From NCBI GenBank assembly GCA_039024555.1, contig JBCCQQ010000024.1, positions 1 through 64,000 of the forward strand: a DNA stretch of 64,000 nt, in the 5' to 3' direction. Below, piece after piece: positions 1-10,054 of the stretch. The notes beneath the pieces are model-generated. The model was not told the DNA's origin. It did not search any database and worked only from the letters and a program-made list of their open reading frames with translations. A program made the position numbers and the translations under genes. Each line of letters opens with the position of its first letter. The stretch's first letter is position 1. Source of the stretch: Cyanobacteria bacterium P01_D01_bin.156. Lineage in GTDB: Bacteria; Cyanobacteriota; Cyanobacteriia; Phormidesmidales; Phormidesmidaceae.

Positions 1-38
1 AAAAATAAAATTCCAAGCAGGATTTTATTAAGCAACGT

Positions 39-140
39 CCTCCCCTTAACAAGGGGAGGTGCCGTAGGCGGAGGGGTCTTCGGCCATTTGCGCTAGTTTT
101 CCAGACCCCTCCCTGACGGTTCCCCTTGCCAAGGGGAACC
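39..140. repeat. Palindromic intergenic repeat element (REP/SDR-like, multiple hairpins)
   Basis: Hairpins CCTCCCCTT-aac-AAGGGGAGG (39-59), GGAGGGGTCT...AGACCCCTCC (70-79/103-112) and GGTTCCCCTT-gcc-AAGGGGAACC (118-140); TTATTAAG at 25-32 and 156-163; degenerate relative at 39385-39454. Confidence 0.65.
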
Positions 141-230
141 AAGTATCGCCAAGCCTTATTAAGGTGTCTTATTTTCACGCACTTCCCTAAGTAAAAGTAA
201 TCACTTGCCAGGAAATCTCTCATAAGGAGA

Positions 231-938
231 TTAAACCGCTTCACCGAGCCAGGTGGGTTTCATGGGTAACACCTGACCAGATGGTTGATGTTTTACTGAT
301 GGCATCGACTGACGAAACGATTGATAGTAGCCTTTGCAAGACTCTTCGAACAAGGTGCGAAGAGTGGCGATTGGTTGGTCGTGGTGATCTACTCGTAAAT
401 CCAGATGAGGATAGGTGTCTTGATCCATGACATACAGGGCTGCCGATTGTCGACCTCGTTTGTCACCTCCAGCGGCATCGCCTTGTTCTAAGGCTACTAA
501 AAGTCGTTGACTCAAAGGCTTATGGATAGCCTGTTTATAGGCTGCAGCCATGCTTAGTAGCGTTTCTTCTCCTACAAGCATATTTCCAGCCACGGAGAAG
601 CCAGGAAACGTGAAGTGTCCGGCCCAGCCAATACAGTCTTTCCCAGTCCAAGCAGCGGTCTGACCGTAACGATTGACCACGTGTAACTGACGCTGTTCTC
701 GGTCAGCATCTTCGTGCAGCAGGCGTTGCAAAATTCTGTTGGGTGATGTTTCAAAACTGTGTTCTAGCAGATGTAACCCCTGGATACCGAGCAGCGGATT
801 TGTTTGAGCTTGGGTTGCGATCGCACCTACTCCAGCCTGCACATGGGGAACCAATGCACCTACAGCCAAATGCTTGGTAGCCACCGCTACTCCAGTCATG
901 CCAGACGTTTCATCCCAGGCAACAATTGAAAAGGTCAT
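231..938 (-). CDS. DUF1028 family protein (Ntn-hydrolase-like)
   Basis: N-terminal MTFSIVA..GVAVAT..LAVGALVP, GAIATQA, AGNML and GGDKRGRQSAAL motifs. Confidence 0.9.
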   Translation of the reverse strand: MTFSIVAWDETSGMTGVAVATKHLAVGALVPHVQAGVGAIATQAQTNPLLGIQGLHLLEHSFETSPNRILQRLLHEDADREQRQLHVVNRYGQTAAWTGKDCIGWAGHFTFPGFSVAGNMLVGEETLLSMAAAYKQAIHKPLSQRLLVALEQGDAAGGDKRGRQSAALYVMDQDTYPHLDLRVDHHDQPIATLRTLFEESCKGYYQSFRQSMPSVKHQPSGQVLPMKPTWLGEAV

Positions 939-977
939 ATCCTTCCTAACGCGGCACGCGCTCTCATATTAAAAATT

Positions 978-1068
978 GGCGTTGCCGATCTTGGGGATGA
1001 ATTTTTCTGCAAGACTCTGGCACAGGCGAGCGTCATTAGATCGATCCATCCCTTAAATCGGAAACGGC
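978..1068. mobile_element. 91-bp MITE with 22-bp imperfect terminal inverted repeats and 8-bp target-site duplication
   Basis: Left end GGCGTTGCCGATCTTGGGGATG; right end reverse complement GCCGTTTCCGATTTAAGGGATG (17/22 match); TAAAAATT at 970-977 and 1069-1076. Confidence 0.8.
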
Positions 1069-1303
1069 TAAAAATTGACTAAAAAAAATATCCAGATTAC
1101 ATAACATTAGCCATAGTCTACGGAGCGAATTGTTACTTATTTAACGTTCTGAGTAATTTCTGTAGATTCCCTGACTGGTCAGGAGTTTAAGCACACATAG
1201 GACGGTGAATGGGTAGAACAAAACACGTTAAAAAAAGGTACATATCTCATATTTTGAACGGTTTGGCAGATAGCATAAATCGAATTGTATCTAGGACTAC
1301 TTA

Positions 1304-3322
1304 ATGTGTGGCATTGCAGGCATCATGCACCATGATGCGCATCGACCTATCGACCTCGAACGGCTAGTTGCCATGGCCGCCATTCAATATCATCGAGGTC
1401 CGGATGGTTTTGGTTATAAAACCCTACCTGGCGTTGGTTTTGCCCATGCACGTCTCTCGATTATTGATCTCAACCCAAATCGTGGTCGTCAGCCTTTCTG
1501 GTCATCGGACAAACGCTATTTAATTACCCATAATGGGGAGTTTTATGATTACAAACGCCTACGAGCTGACTTGGCGTCGCGGGGCCACCGGTTTGCAACT
1601 AAGAGTGATACGGAACTGGTGCTTCATCTAACGGAACGTCTGGGGTTAGAAGAGGCACTGACACACCTGCGGGGTGAGTTTGCCTTTGCTCTCTACGAAA
1701 GGGATTATGAGCGGCTAACCCTGGTACGCGATCGCTTTGGTGTCAAGCCGTTATATTGGACGATGACCCAAGAGGGGTTAGTATTTGGTTCCGAAATTAA
1801 AGTGTTGTTCGCCCATCCTGCCGTCCAGCGCAAGTTCTCAGCAGCTGGTCTGTATCATCAACTGATGCAAACTATGGTGCCAGGGACCACCTGTTTTGAA
1901 GGAGTACATGCGGTTCAGCCCGGACAAATGGTGATTTGCCAGCGGCAGGACGGACAACTGCACGTACATACCCGAACCTATTGGGATATTAATTTTCCCC
2001 ATCAAGGAGAACGGGCAGTTCTGGATGAAAAAGACTATATTGAGACACTTCGTCAACACTTTGTCGAGGCCATTCAGCTCAGACTAGAGGCGGATGTACC
2101 CGTAGCCTGTTATCTCTCAGGGGGGATTGATTCTTGTTCAATTTTAGGAGTAGCCGCCGCCTGTCAACAATCTCCTGTCAAAGCATTTACCATTGGGTTT
2201 GACGATGGTGACTACGATGAAACAGCCATTGCTCAGGAAATGGCTGCCTCTGTCGGTGCTGAGCAGGAGATTCTCAAGGTGCCCGGGCGAGATCTTTACG
2301 ATCACTTTGCCCGTACCATTTGGCACACCGAGCGCAGTATCTATAATACCTTTACCGTAGCCAAACTACTCATGAGTGAGTACGTTAATCAGGCGGGATA
2401 TAAGGTCGTGGTTACAGGAGAAGGTTCGGACGAGTTGTTTGCGGGCTATCCCCAGCTTCGACTGGATATGATTTTACACGGCATGGATAGTGCTTCGCCA
2501 GCAGAACAAACAGAATTAGAACGCTGGCTCCATGAGAGTAACCAGCTATTTAAGGGAAATCTGTTGGCTCAAGATAGACTGAATGATTCGGCATTAACCG
2601 AACGCATCGGATTTACCCCCAGTTGTCTACAGTCATGGCTTTCCTCTGCACCGTTAATTTCTCCGTTGTTACATCAGGATTATCATGCAGCCTTGTCCCA
2701 TTACTCCCCTGGGCAAGCCATTGCAAACACTCTAAATCCACAACAGTTAGAAGGACGTCATCCGTTGGATAAAGCCCAATATGTGTGGATTAAAACCCAG
2801 TTTGAATCCCAAGTGCTAGGTTGGGCTGGAGACCGGGTTGATATGGCCAATAGTTTAGAAGCTCGTCCTGCTTTCTTAGATCATCCCCTAGTAGAGTTTG
2901 CAGTGACGATTCCCCCAAGCCTACGGTTTCGCGATCGCAAGGATAAATACATTTTGAGGGAAACCATGAAATCCTTGTTGCCCGAAACCCTATACAACCG
3001 ACAGAAGTTTGCATTCATGGCTCCTCCAGCCCACACGGACCCAATCAAACAAACGGCTATGTTAGGCTTGGCGAAACAACATTTGTCAACGGAGGCCATC
3101 ACCCAGGCAGGGTTGTTAAATGCCACAGCCGTGACTAAACTGTTTAATCGTCATCAACATCCCTCTACACCTGTCGCCGAACAAGTGCAGCTAGATGCCA
3201 TGATCAACCATTTATTGAGCGTTCAGATCCTCCACGAACAGTTTATCGCAGCAAATGTCCCTGAAATTGCCTTAGAACAGGCTTATACCTTGGGCTGGCA
3301 GCCAGAAACTGTAGCAGCATAG
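1304..3322 (+). CDS. asnB: Asparagine synthase (glutamine-hydrolysing) family amidotransferase
   Basis: MCGIAG N-terminal nucleophile, HRGPD, RLSIID, RDRFGVKPLY, LSGGIDS, TGEGSDELFAGY. Confidence 0.92.
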   Translation: MCGIAGIMHHDAHRPIDLERLVAMAAIQYHRGPDGFGYKTLPGVGFAHARLSIIDLNPNRGRQPFWSSDKRYLITHNGEFYDYKRLRADLASRGHRFATKSDTELVLHLTERLGLEEALTHLRGEFAFALYERDYERLTLVRDRFGVKPLYWTMTQEGLVFGSEIKVLFAHPAVQRKFSAAGLYHQLMQTMVPGTTCFEGVHAVQPGQMVICQRQDGQLHVHTRTYWDINFPHQGERAVLDEKDYIETLRQHFVEAIQLRLEADVPVACYLSGGIDSCSILGVAAACQQSPVKAFTIGFDDGDYDETAIAQEMAASVGAEQEILKVPGRDLYDHFARTIWHTERSIYNTFTVAKLLMSEYVNQAGYKVVVTGEGSDELFAGYPQLRLDMILHGMDSASPAEQTELERWLHESNQLFKGNLLAQDRLNDSALTERIGFTPSCLQSWLSSAPLISPLLHQDYHAALSHYSPGQAIANTLNPQQLEGRHPLDKAQYVWIKTQFESQVLGWAGDRVDMANSLEARPAFLDHPLVEFAVTIPPSLRFRDRKDKYILRETMKSLLPETLYNRQKFAFMAPPAHTDPIKQTAMLGLAKQHLSTEAITQAGLLNATAVTKLFNRHQHPSTPVAEQVQLDAMINHLLSVQILHEQFIAANVPEIALEQAYTLGWQPETVAA

Positions 3323-3558
3323 AATGCATAATCGTCTAAGATTTTAGGCTTAAGTTATCTAACACAATTGAGTGTTGTTGTTAGAAGTAAGGTTAAGAAG
3401 TTAATCTAAGCTTGTTAGCCTCTGGCATATGTTTGCTTAAAGCGTTGCCGATCTTTAAATTAGGGTGGTCAGTACTTCTGTCAAAATTCAGAGGATGTAT
3501 AAATACGATTGTTATCCCTAAGACAATCAACCTTCTTACGTACTCCGAAGGAGTCAGT

Positions 3559-4362
3559 ATGGCAGATGTTAACCCTTACGTTTCAAGACTATTCATTCAC
3601 CCGATTAAATCTCTGGATCGGGTCGAGATGGAAACCGTTGCTGTATTAAACAGTGGGGCACTGAGTCGCGATCGCGAGTTCGCCTTGTTTGACCAAGCGG
3701 GACATTTTGTCAATGGAAAACGTAACCATAAAGTGCATGGCCTACGGTCTGAGTTTGATCTAGAGGCAGACACCGTTTTACTAGGGGTGCAAGGGACCGA
3801 GCAAACCAACAAATTTCATATTCACAAAGAGCGGGATGCCCTGGAAGCCTGGCTGGGAGACTATTTTGATAGTCCTATAGAGATCCAGCAAAACCTGGAC
3901 ACTGGCTTCCCAGACGATACCGCCTCGCCTGGTCCGACCATTATTAGCACAGCTACCTTAGAATCAATAGCGTCCTGGTATCCTGAGCTGGACGTGGAAG
4001 AAATTCGCCTACGGTTTCGTACCAATATTGAAATTTCTGGCGTCCCTCCGTTTTGGGAAGATCAGCTATACACAGCCGCTGAAGGTGTTGTCAATTTTCA
4101 AATTGGCGATGTCCAATTTATGGGGATCAACCCTTCTCAACGCTGTATTGTGGTTACCCGAGATTCTCAAACTGGAAAAGTTTATCCAAAATTTCAAAAA
4201 ACGTTTATTACCCAGCGACGAGAAACCTTACCCGAGTGGGCAGAGCGTTCCTGTTTTAATCACTTTTATCGACTGGCGATCAATACGCGGCTACCAGCTA
4301 GCGAGGCTGGAAAGACCATTAGCTTGGGTGACTCACTGAAGTTGGCAGAGAGTGGAGAGTAG
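3559..4362 (+). CDS. MOSC domain-containing protein
   Basis: IHPIKSL, DREFAL, RFRTNI, FWED, QRC motifs; ATG at 3559 follows an AAGGAG RBS (track start 3412 is probably too far upstream). Confidence 0.85.
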   Translation: MADVNPYVSRLFIHPIKSLDRVEMETVAVLNSGALSRDREFALFDQAGHFVNGKRNHKVHGLRSEFDLEADTVLLGVQGTEQTNKFHIHKERDALEAWLGDYFDSPIEIQQNLDTGFPDDTASPGPTIISTATLESIASWYPELDVEEIRLRFRTNIEISGVPPFWEDQLYTAAEGVVNFQIGDVQFMGINPSQRCIVVTRDSQTGKVYPKFQKTFITQRRETLPEWAERSCFNHFYRLAINTRLPASEAGKTISLGDSLKLAESGE

Positions 4363-4385
4363 GTGTTTTGTATGTCTGTAAAGGT

Positions 4386-4480
4386 CTCATACCAAATCCA
4401 GATTCCCAACCTTTGATTAAAGAGGGATAATTCTGTCAAGGTATCTCCTGCGGGTGCTTCTCAGTACCGGATGCTATGAG
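4386..4480. mobile_element. Possible degenerate MITE between convergent genes
   Basis: Ends CTCATACCAAATCC and GGATGCTATGAG form an imperfect inverted repeat; no clear target duplication. Confidence 0.35.
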
Positions 4481-4493
4481 CCAGAATTTTGTC

Positions 4494-5552
4494 CTAGCCA
4501 TGACCAATCAGGCTGGCTAACGTTTCTAACAAAATTTGGTTTTGCTCCTCTGTACCAATTGAGATCCGTAACTTATCGTCTAAGCCGGGCTGGTTAAAGT
4601 AGCGAACAAGAATCCCCCGTTGCTTTAATGCTTGATAGAGTTGTTCTGTATTCTCGACAGGTGGAGTGGTCAAAACAAAGTTCCCATGGGACTCAATCAC
4701 AGTGAATCCCAGATTTTTTAGGTCAACTGTTAACTGATGGCGTGATGCTTTAACTTTTTCAACACAGGAATTTTTATAGGCCTGATCTCGAAGAGCTGCA
4801 CACCCTAGCGTGATTGAAATTGAATCAACATTGTAGCTGTCTTTTACTTTAAACAGTCCAGCAAGTAGGTCTGGATTAGCAATGCCAAACCCCAACCGTA
4901 AACCAGCTAGGGAATATCCTTTTGATAAAGTGCGCAACACAATCACATTGTCAAATTTTTCCACTAAGAAAAGGGCTGAAACCTCAGCAAAATCAACATA
5001 GGCCTCATCCACTACCACTAGCCCTGGGGCAGCTTCTGCCAATGCCTGCAACTCTTGCAAGGTGACGGCATGACCAGACGGGCTATTGGGAGAAGCAACA
5101 AAAATGATGGCGGCATTGGTTGCAACTAGTTCTGCAATAGGTAGTCGAAAGTCATCGGGATAGGGAATCTCAACAACGTCGGCAGGTTGCATTGCGGCTA
5201 GGGTGCGATACAGCACATAGGTTGGTGTGGGATAGGCCACTTTGAGATCACAGCCTTCTGCACAGGACCGCACCAAAATATTCAATAAATCATCACTGCT
5301 GTTACCAACAATCACCCAGTCTGCAGGCATTCCAAAAATATCACTGACAGCCTGACAAAACTCTTTAGCACGAGAGTCTGGATAACGTCTCAAGGACTCT
5401 AGTTCAATTGTTTGTAATGCTTGCAGAACTTTTGGAGAGGGGGGATAAGGATTTTCGTTAGTATTTAGTTTAATGACCCTACGTTCTGATGAGGGTTGTT
5501 CACCGGGAACGTAGCCAGTCATATTGTCGATGGCAGAACGAAAATAACTCAT
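4494..5552 (-). CDS. hisC: Histidinol-phosphate aminotransferase
   Basis: KLNTNENPYPPS, SPNSPSG, VDEAYVDF, RTLSKGYSLAGLRLG (PLP lysine); likely start MSYFR at 5552. Confidence 0.9.
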   Translation of the reverse strand: MSYFRSAIDNMTGYVPGEQPSSERRVIKLNTNENPYPPSPKVLQALQTIELESLRRYPDSRAKEFCQAVSDIFGMPADWVIVGNSSDDLLNILVRSCAEGCDLKVAYPTPTYVLYRTLAAMQPADVVEIPYPDDFRLPIAELVATNAAIIFVASPNSPSGHAVTLQELQALAEAAPGLVVVDEAYVDFAEVSALFLVEKFDNVIVLRTLSKGYSLAGLRLGFGIANPDLLAGLFKVKDSYNVDSISITLGCAALRDQAYKNSCVEKVKASRHQLTVDLKNLGFTVIESHGNFVLTTPPVENTEQLYQALKQRGILVRYFNQPGLDDKLRISIGTEEQNQILLETLASLIGHG

Positions 5553-5736
5553 ATTGCGCCGCATACACATGCCATCATTAGAAACCACCGATACTGGTTC
5601 CACGAATTAAGGAACACCAATAGTTAAAAAAGTTTACCTCTGCAAGCTGTGATGTTCTCTCCACCAAATACCTCAATCGACGCTGCCGATCCTCGGGATG
5701 ACGTTATTTGTCATAATCAGGTAATTAGAAATCTAT

Positions 5737-6684
5737 CTAAACAAGTTTAAGTTCCATTTGAATATTGCAGCGTTGATAGGGTGAAGGATGCCCAACAACT
5801 TTCTGAAATCCCAGCTTTCGATAAAGGTTGATGGCAGGTTCTAAAAGTGTATTACTCTCTAAAAAGATTGTTTCTCCTTTTAACTCAATCGCTTTGCTAA
5901 TGGCCGCTTGCCCTAGAAGCCATCCAATTCCCTTACCCTTAGCCTTATCTGTGACTGCCATTTTGACCAGTTCATAGGTAGTAGCATCCAACTTGGTTAA
6001 GGCACAGGTCCCAACGATCTCACCATGGTGTCGTGCCATAAAAATGTGTCCACCGGGTTCTAAAATCTTTTTATCAGGATGATCCAGGGACTGATGATCG
6101 CTCTCTTCTAGTTGAAAGTATTGCTCGATCCACTCGTAGTTTAGGCGCCTAAAGTCATCGTGAAACTCTGGTTGATAATCGATAATTTCAACAGATTTCT
6201 GTTCGCGTATTTTGCGGACCGTTTGAACACGTTTTCCAAAGCTTTTCTCAGTCAGTAAAAATTCTAATTCTGCGATCGCATTCCACAGATCGTATTGAGA
6301 TTCTGACAAAAGTTCCTCAACCGCTTGGCCCACATCAGTACATTGCTGTTCAAGGTCAGGAATGAGTTGCTTCCCCGCATCAGAGAGTTTAACAACGCGA
6401 ACCCTTGCATCCTGACTGTGCTTTTCAGTGGTCACAAGCCCTCGATTACTCATTTCTCTAACAACCTGACTAACAGACGCATGGGATTGTCCAATCATTT
6501 GAGCAATCTCAGTAACGGCTGCACTTTCCTGCTGTGACAGCATATAGAAAACAGGAAACCACCTGGGCTCTAGGGCAACATTGTAAAGCGTATAAATTTT
6601 GGCAGCATCTTCAGCTAAGCGATCGCTCAATCGACGCAAGCGGCTGCCCAGAGCTACCTTGCTAATTTGGGAGTAGAAATCCAT
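5737..6684 (-). CDS. Bifunctional MarR-type HTH regulator / GNAT N-acetyltransferase
   Basis: N-terminal winged HTH (LGSRLRRLS..QSHASVSQ..DARVRVVKLS); C-terminal GNAT (ELVKMAV..KGKGIG..AINLYRKLGF). Confidence 0.88.
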   Translation of the reverse strand: MDFYSQISKVALGSRLRRLSDRLAEDAAKIYTLYNVALEPRWFPVFYMLSQQESAAVTEIAQMIGQSHASVSQVVREMSNRGLVTTEKHSQDARVRVVKLSDAGKQLIPDLEQQCTDVGQAVEELLSESQYDLWNAIAELEFLLTEKSFGKRVQTVRKIREQKSVEIIDYQPEFHDDFRRLNYEWIEQYFQLEESDHQSLDHPDKKILEPGGHIFMARHHGEIVGTCALTKLDATTYELVKMAVTDKAKGKGIGWLLGQAAISKAIELKGETIFLESNTLLEPAINLYRKLGFQKVVGHPSPYQRCNIQMELKLV

Positions 6685-6698
6685 AAAGCGACGCCAAT

Positions 6699-6716
6699 TA
6701 CGTAAGTACTTACATA
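6699..6716. promoter_or_regulatory. Candidate operator palindrome upstream of the MarR-GNAT gene
   Basis: TAcGTAAGTACTTACaTA; perfect 12-bp core at 6702-6713, about 17 bp from the start codon. Confidence 0.45.
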
Positions 6717-6813
6717 CTAGCCTAGAAATTTTATAGAACTACACATAAGGTTTGAAATCACTGATCGATAACGAATGTACTAAGAATGGGCGAGTGCGCT
6801 AATCATAAGGAGT

Positions 6814-7365
6814 TCAGATTATTTTGTTTAAATCCAATTCATCGCTATGGTTTGAACGATCTGTAAGGAATCCGCGAACGGTTTGCCCTGCAATGAAGGT
6901 TGATGTTAAAAACTCATTTTGAAATTCTTGGCCCCACTCCAGAGCGCCACGCATACAGAGTTTGAGATACGAAGCATTAGGTAGTAAGGAATTGTTGCGC
7001 TTTTCAGGTTTACCATAATATAGATATATGGGACCGGTCAGTTGGGGGAGAGGCCCACTGAAAAAAGGACTCAATTGCAAATAGGGAACTGAAATGCGAG
7101 TATACCCGCGTTCTCGTTCGTCCAGCGAGTCCAGTCTATTGTCGTCCAATCCAGTGATGAGTAGTGCATTGAACGATGAACCTGTTTGCTCGGCTACTGA
7201 TAAAACTGCTCGTTCTCGCTCTGACCGCAAACGCCAAGAGGGTTCTTGGTTAAAACTACGCTTAAAGCCATCGACAACTATTGGGGTTACGGTTGTTGTG
7301 TTGAATCCATGTTTAGAGCGTTCTTCTTTGTTAAGCAAGCTACCATAGGCGATCACGTTAAACAT
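6814..7365 (-). CDS. Gamma-glutamylcyclotransferase-fold protein
   Basis: N-terminal AYGSLLN, LDERERGY and YLKLC motifs. Confidence 0.75.
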   Translation of the reverse strand: MFNVIAYGSLLNKEERSKHGFNTTTVTPIVVDGFKRSFNQEPSWRLRSERERAVLSVAEQTGSSFNALLITGLDDNRLDSLDERERGYTRISVPYLQLSPFFSGPLPQLTGPIYLYYGKPEKRNNSLLPNASYLKLCMRGALEWGQEFQNEFLTSTFIAGQTVRGFLTDRSNHSDELDLNKII

Positions 7366-7375
7366 AGTGTTTTAC

Positions 7376-7421
7376 ATATTGGGCACTTGCCAATAACTGA
7401 TATTGGGTGCACTTGCCAATA
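7376..7421. repeat. Tandem pair of imperfect palindromes TATTGG-N7/N9-CCAATA
   Basis: ATATTGGGCACTTGCCAATA and ATATTGGGTGCACTTGCCAATA, just upstream of the GGCT gene. Confidence 0.55.
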
Positions 7422-7509
7422 TCCAATACATTGTAGGGTTCTGAAATGATATCTCAGCGTATTGTCATTCACTGATAAACGCTAGGCGGGAACTGAAAAG
7501 CTGAACAGC

Positions 7510-7713
7510 TTATTTCGCTTTCAACTGTTTCCAATCGTCTGTGAGCATGCCTGCAAACCCCCAGTTTTCCTCAGCGATTTCATCAATAACGATATGGATG
7601 TGCTCTGGCTTTTTCCCAAGAACATTAACAAGTGATTGAGTTATATCCGAAACAATCTGGAATTTTTGCTCACGAGTTGCACCAGCAGTAATTTGAACAT
7701 TTACGTATGGCAT
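7510..7713 (-). CDS. 4-oxalocrotonate tautomerase family protein
   Basis: Catalytic Pro after Met (MPYVNVQI), 67 aa, LGKKPEHIHIVIDE..NWGFAG. Confidence 0.9.
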   Translation of the reverse strand: MPYVNVQITAGATREQKFQIVSDITQSLVNVLGKKPEHIHIVIDEIAEENWGFAGMLTDDWKQLKAK

Positions 7714-7800
7714 TGTTCAGAGGTAATTTTGTAAGATTGATGTGGAATTCTATGAGTGAACAGAACTCATTACTTCCTTCAACATTTTAGAAGCTAATGC

Positions 7801-8208
7801 CTATGACTGTTTTAGAGCTTCACTGATAGATAGTACTGGTATTAACTCAGTCTTAAAACCACCATCTCTGGTGACAAGAGCATCTAAGTTCTGAATAGCA
7901 GCACATGCTGCCTGAACGGCATCTTCAAAATCAGGTGTGCTGGAATTTAAGGCAAGTTCAAGCACTTGGCGATTAACAGGAGAAATTTGTAATGCAGCTA
8001 GAATAAACGATACGGCTTGGTTTGCTGTTTCTAAGCTTTTGGTGTGACGCTTAGTGATGTAGAAAATATCAGTCAGTGTGGTAGCAGTAGCGTAACCGAC
8101 AATTTTGCTTGTTTTTATTAGCTGAAATAAATCGTCTGCTTCTTTGAAAAATGGATGTCTTTCCAGCAGAAAATCTAGAATGAGATTGGTATCGACCAGA
8201 ATATTCAT
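7801..8208 (-). CDS. PIN-domain (VapC-like) toxin
   Basis: ILVDTNLILD, DFEDAVQ and LVTRD PIN motifs. Confidence 0.88.
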   Translation of the reverse strand: MNILVDTNLILDFLLERHPFFKEADDLFQLIKTSKIVGYATATTLTDIFYITKRHTKSLETANQAVSFILAALQISPVNRQVLELALNSSTPDFEDAVQAACAAIQNLDALVTRDGGFKTELIPVLSISEALKQS

Positions 8209-8468
8209 GAGAATTTCTCTATTCGTCGTTCTTCTAGCATGGTTTTTACATCAGCATCTGTAGGCGCAGGTTGCTCAGTTTTGAGCAATCCGCGCATTTG
8301 GTCAATGGCTTGACTAACACTTAGTTGCACAGGATTTTCGTTAGGAACACCTGGCAGAGATACTGGTACTAACTCAGCCTGCAATGATTGCACAATCAGA
8401 TTAACAAGAGCCAACCGTTCACTGACTGGCAGTTTTACTGATAGTTCTTTAAGTTCTTGAAATGTCAT
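8205..8468 (-). CDS. Putative antitoxin of the PIN toxin
   Basis: 87 aa, ATGA overlap with the PIN gene; LPVSERLALV and MRGLLK..APTDADVK motifs typical of cyanobacterial antitoxin-like proteins. Confidence 0.7.
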   Translation of the reverse strand: MTFQELKELSVKLPVSERLALVNLIVQSLQAELVPVSLPGVPNENPVQLSVSQAIDQMRGLLKTEQPAPTDADVKTMLEERRIEKFS

Positions 8469-8495
8469 ATGAGTATGTTTTTTTTCAGAAACTAT

Positions 8496-9923
8496 TTATT
8501 TACCAAGAGGAGTATCAAAATTCTTGATCTTTCGTGCTTCAGTTCGACCTGTTTCCGTTAATTGATATGCTGCGTTGTATCTTGTCCGACCAGGTACAGA
8601 TTCAAGCAATTTCTTAGCTACTAGATTCTGAAGAATGCGTTTCATTCTATTTTCGGATTTAACATAACAAATTTCTCTTGCATCTCGGTTGGCAATTTCA
8701 TCATGTCTCAATAGGTATGTAAGTATCGCTTCTTCAGGTGTTGCCAAAGATTCATGACGTAGAATCACTTTGACATAACCACCAGTCTGTTCAATTAAAG
8801 GTTCTTTGAGCTTCATCTCACGCATAGAGATAAAAGCAGTATTTAAGCCCTCGCCAACATCCTTATTTGGAGGATCAGGGAATTTATTTATAAGTCTAAC
8901 GACTGTGGGATTTCGAGCGAAACGCTCCTCTAGTATATTTTTAACAGTTACGTGCCCTGGCAATGTCCCCGGACTTAGAACTTCAACACGGTTATCAAAA
9001 ATGCGAATGTGAATATCATCGGTTATGGAATAGTCACGGTGAATAACAGCATTTGTAACAATTTCATGAATTGCTTCTAGAGGATATTTAGCATTAGTTA
9101 ATCCTTCCGGTGTCCTAACACGAACAGATTCGACTATTTTCGAGGTTTTTTCTACAGCGTCTTTGATTTGAGTATATGCACACCCTTCGATTGAAATAGG
9201 ATTGAATTGTAGGGTTTCTCGACTACCATCCTCCTGGGATGTTTTATATTGATAAAGCTTTATTCCGCAACGTTTAGGTAAGATTGCTTGTGGTTCTTCA
9301 GCAAAAAGAACTATAGCTGCTACGGTTGGCTTCTTATCCCTTAAGAGCAATTGTTTATTCAGCCAAGCTTCTGGTTCAGCAGTAGGAACAACCTCAAGCA
9401 TAAATTCGATGATATTTTCTGAGTTCGTCACCAAACTTTCAGTGCAATCAACTGATTCTGTTTCAAAAGATGCTAAGCCTTTATCTCTTCTAAGAGATTC
9501 TAGGCGTTCTGGATCTTTAATAGGTAGATTTTGTGCGCTACGACGAATATAAGTTGTAGAGTTTGAGGCTACTTTAATGTCACGTGTTTTCGCAATTTGA
9601 ACCTTAAGTACTAAGCCTTGTTCATTCGCATTAGTTAAGAAATCATACTGAAAATCATTTCCTAAAGGAAAAAATGACTCAAAGGCTTGGATGTGACCAT
9701 TAGCCAATTCTTGCTCAGGAAATCCTCTCCAGAGCCTAGGTGAATCATCAATCCCTATAAAAAGTTCACCCCCTTCTGCATTGGCAAAAGCAGATAATGT
9801 CTTGGTTAAACTAGCTGGTGTAATTTCAATCGCCTTGAAATCATAAAAGTGCCCTTCTTCTAATTCAAGAAGTTTTTTAACTTCAGAATTTGAAATCTTT
9901 GTTTTTTTAATACTCGCACTCAT
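8496..9923 (-). CDS. Schlafen/AlbA_2 domain protein with HATPase_c_4 and C-terminal HTH
   Basis: EEGHFYDFK..LSAFANAEGGELFIGIDD (AlbA_2); AIHEIVTNAVIHRDY..RVEVLSPG..ARNP..GEGL; AT-rich. Confidence 0.85.
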   Translation of the reverse strand: MSASIKKTKISNSEVKKLLELEEGHFYDFKAIEITPASLTKTLSAFANAEGGELFIGIDDSPRLWRGFPEQELANGHIQAFESFFPLGNDFQYDFLTNANEQGLVLKVQIAKTRDIKVASNSTTYIRRSAQNLPIKDPERLESLRRDKGLASFETESVDCTESLVTNSENIIEFMLEVVPTAEPEAWLNKQLLLRDKKPTVAAIVLFAEEPQAILPKRCGIKLYQYKTSQEDGSRETLQFNPISIEGCAYTQIKDAVEKTSKIVESVRVRTPEGLTNAKYPLEAIHEIVTNAVIHRDYSITDDIHIRIFDNRVEVLSPGTLPGHVTVKNILEERFARNPTVVRLINKFPDPPNKDVGEGLNTAFISMREMKLKEPLIEQTGGYVKVILRHESLATPEEAILTYLLRHDEIANRDAREICYVKSENRMKRILQNLVAKKLLESVPGRTRYNAAYQLTETGRTEARKIKNFDTPLGK

Positions 9924-10054
9924 GATTTGTCTGCTCTATTACCATTACACTCTTTCTTGGGATAGATTACGAAAATCTATACTGTCGAATGTTTCTTGCA
10001 CAGCTAAGGATAAATCTAATATTCCTCTACAAGCAATGAAACAATTGTGGAAGG

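Noticed and set aside
3357..3386. attC-like site (ATCTAAC...GTTAGAA)
   Set aside because: Too short for an attC, not repeated, and no integron integrase present.
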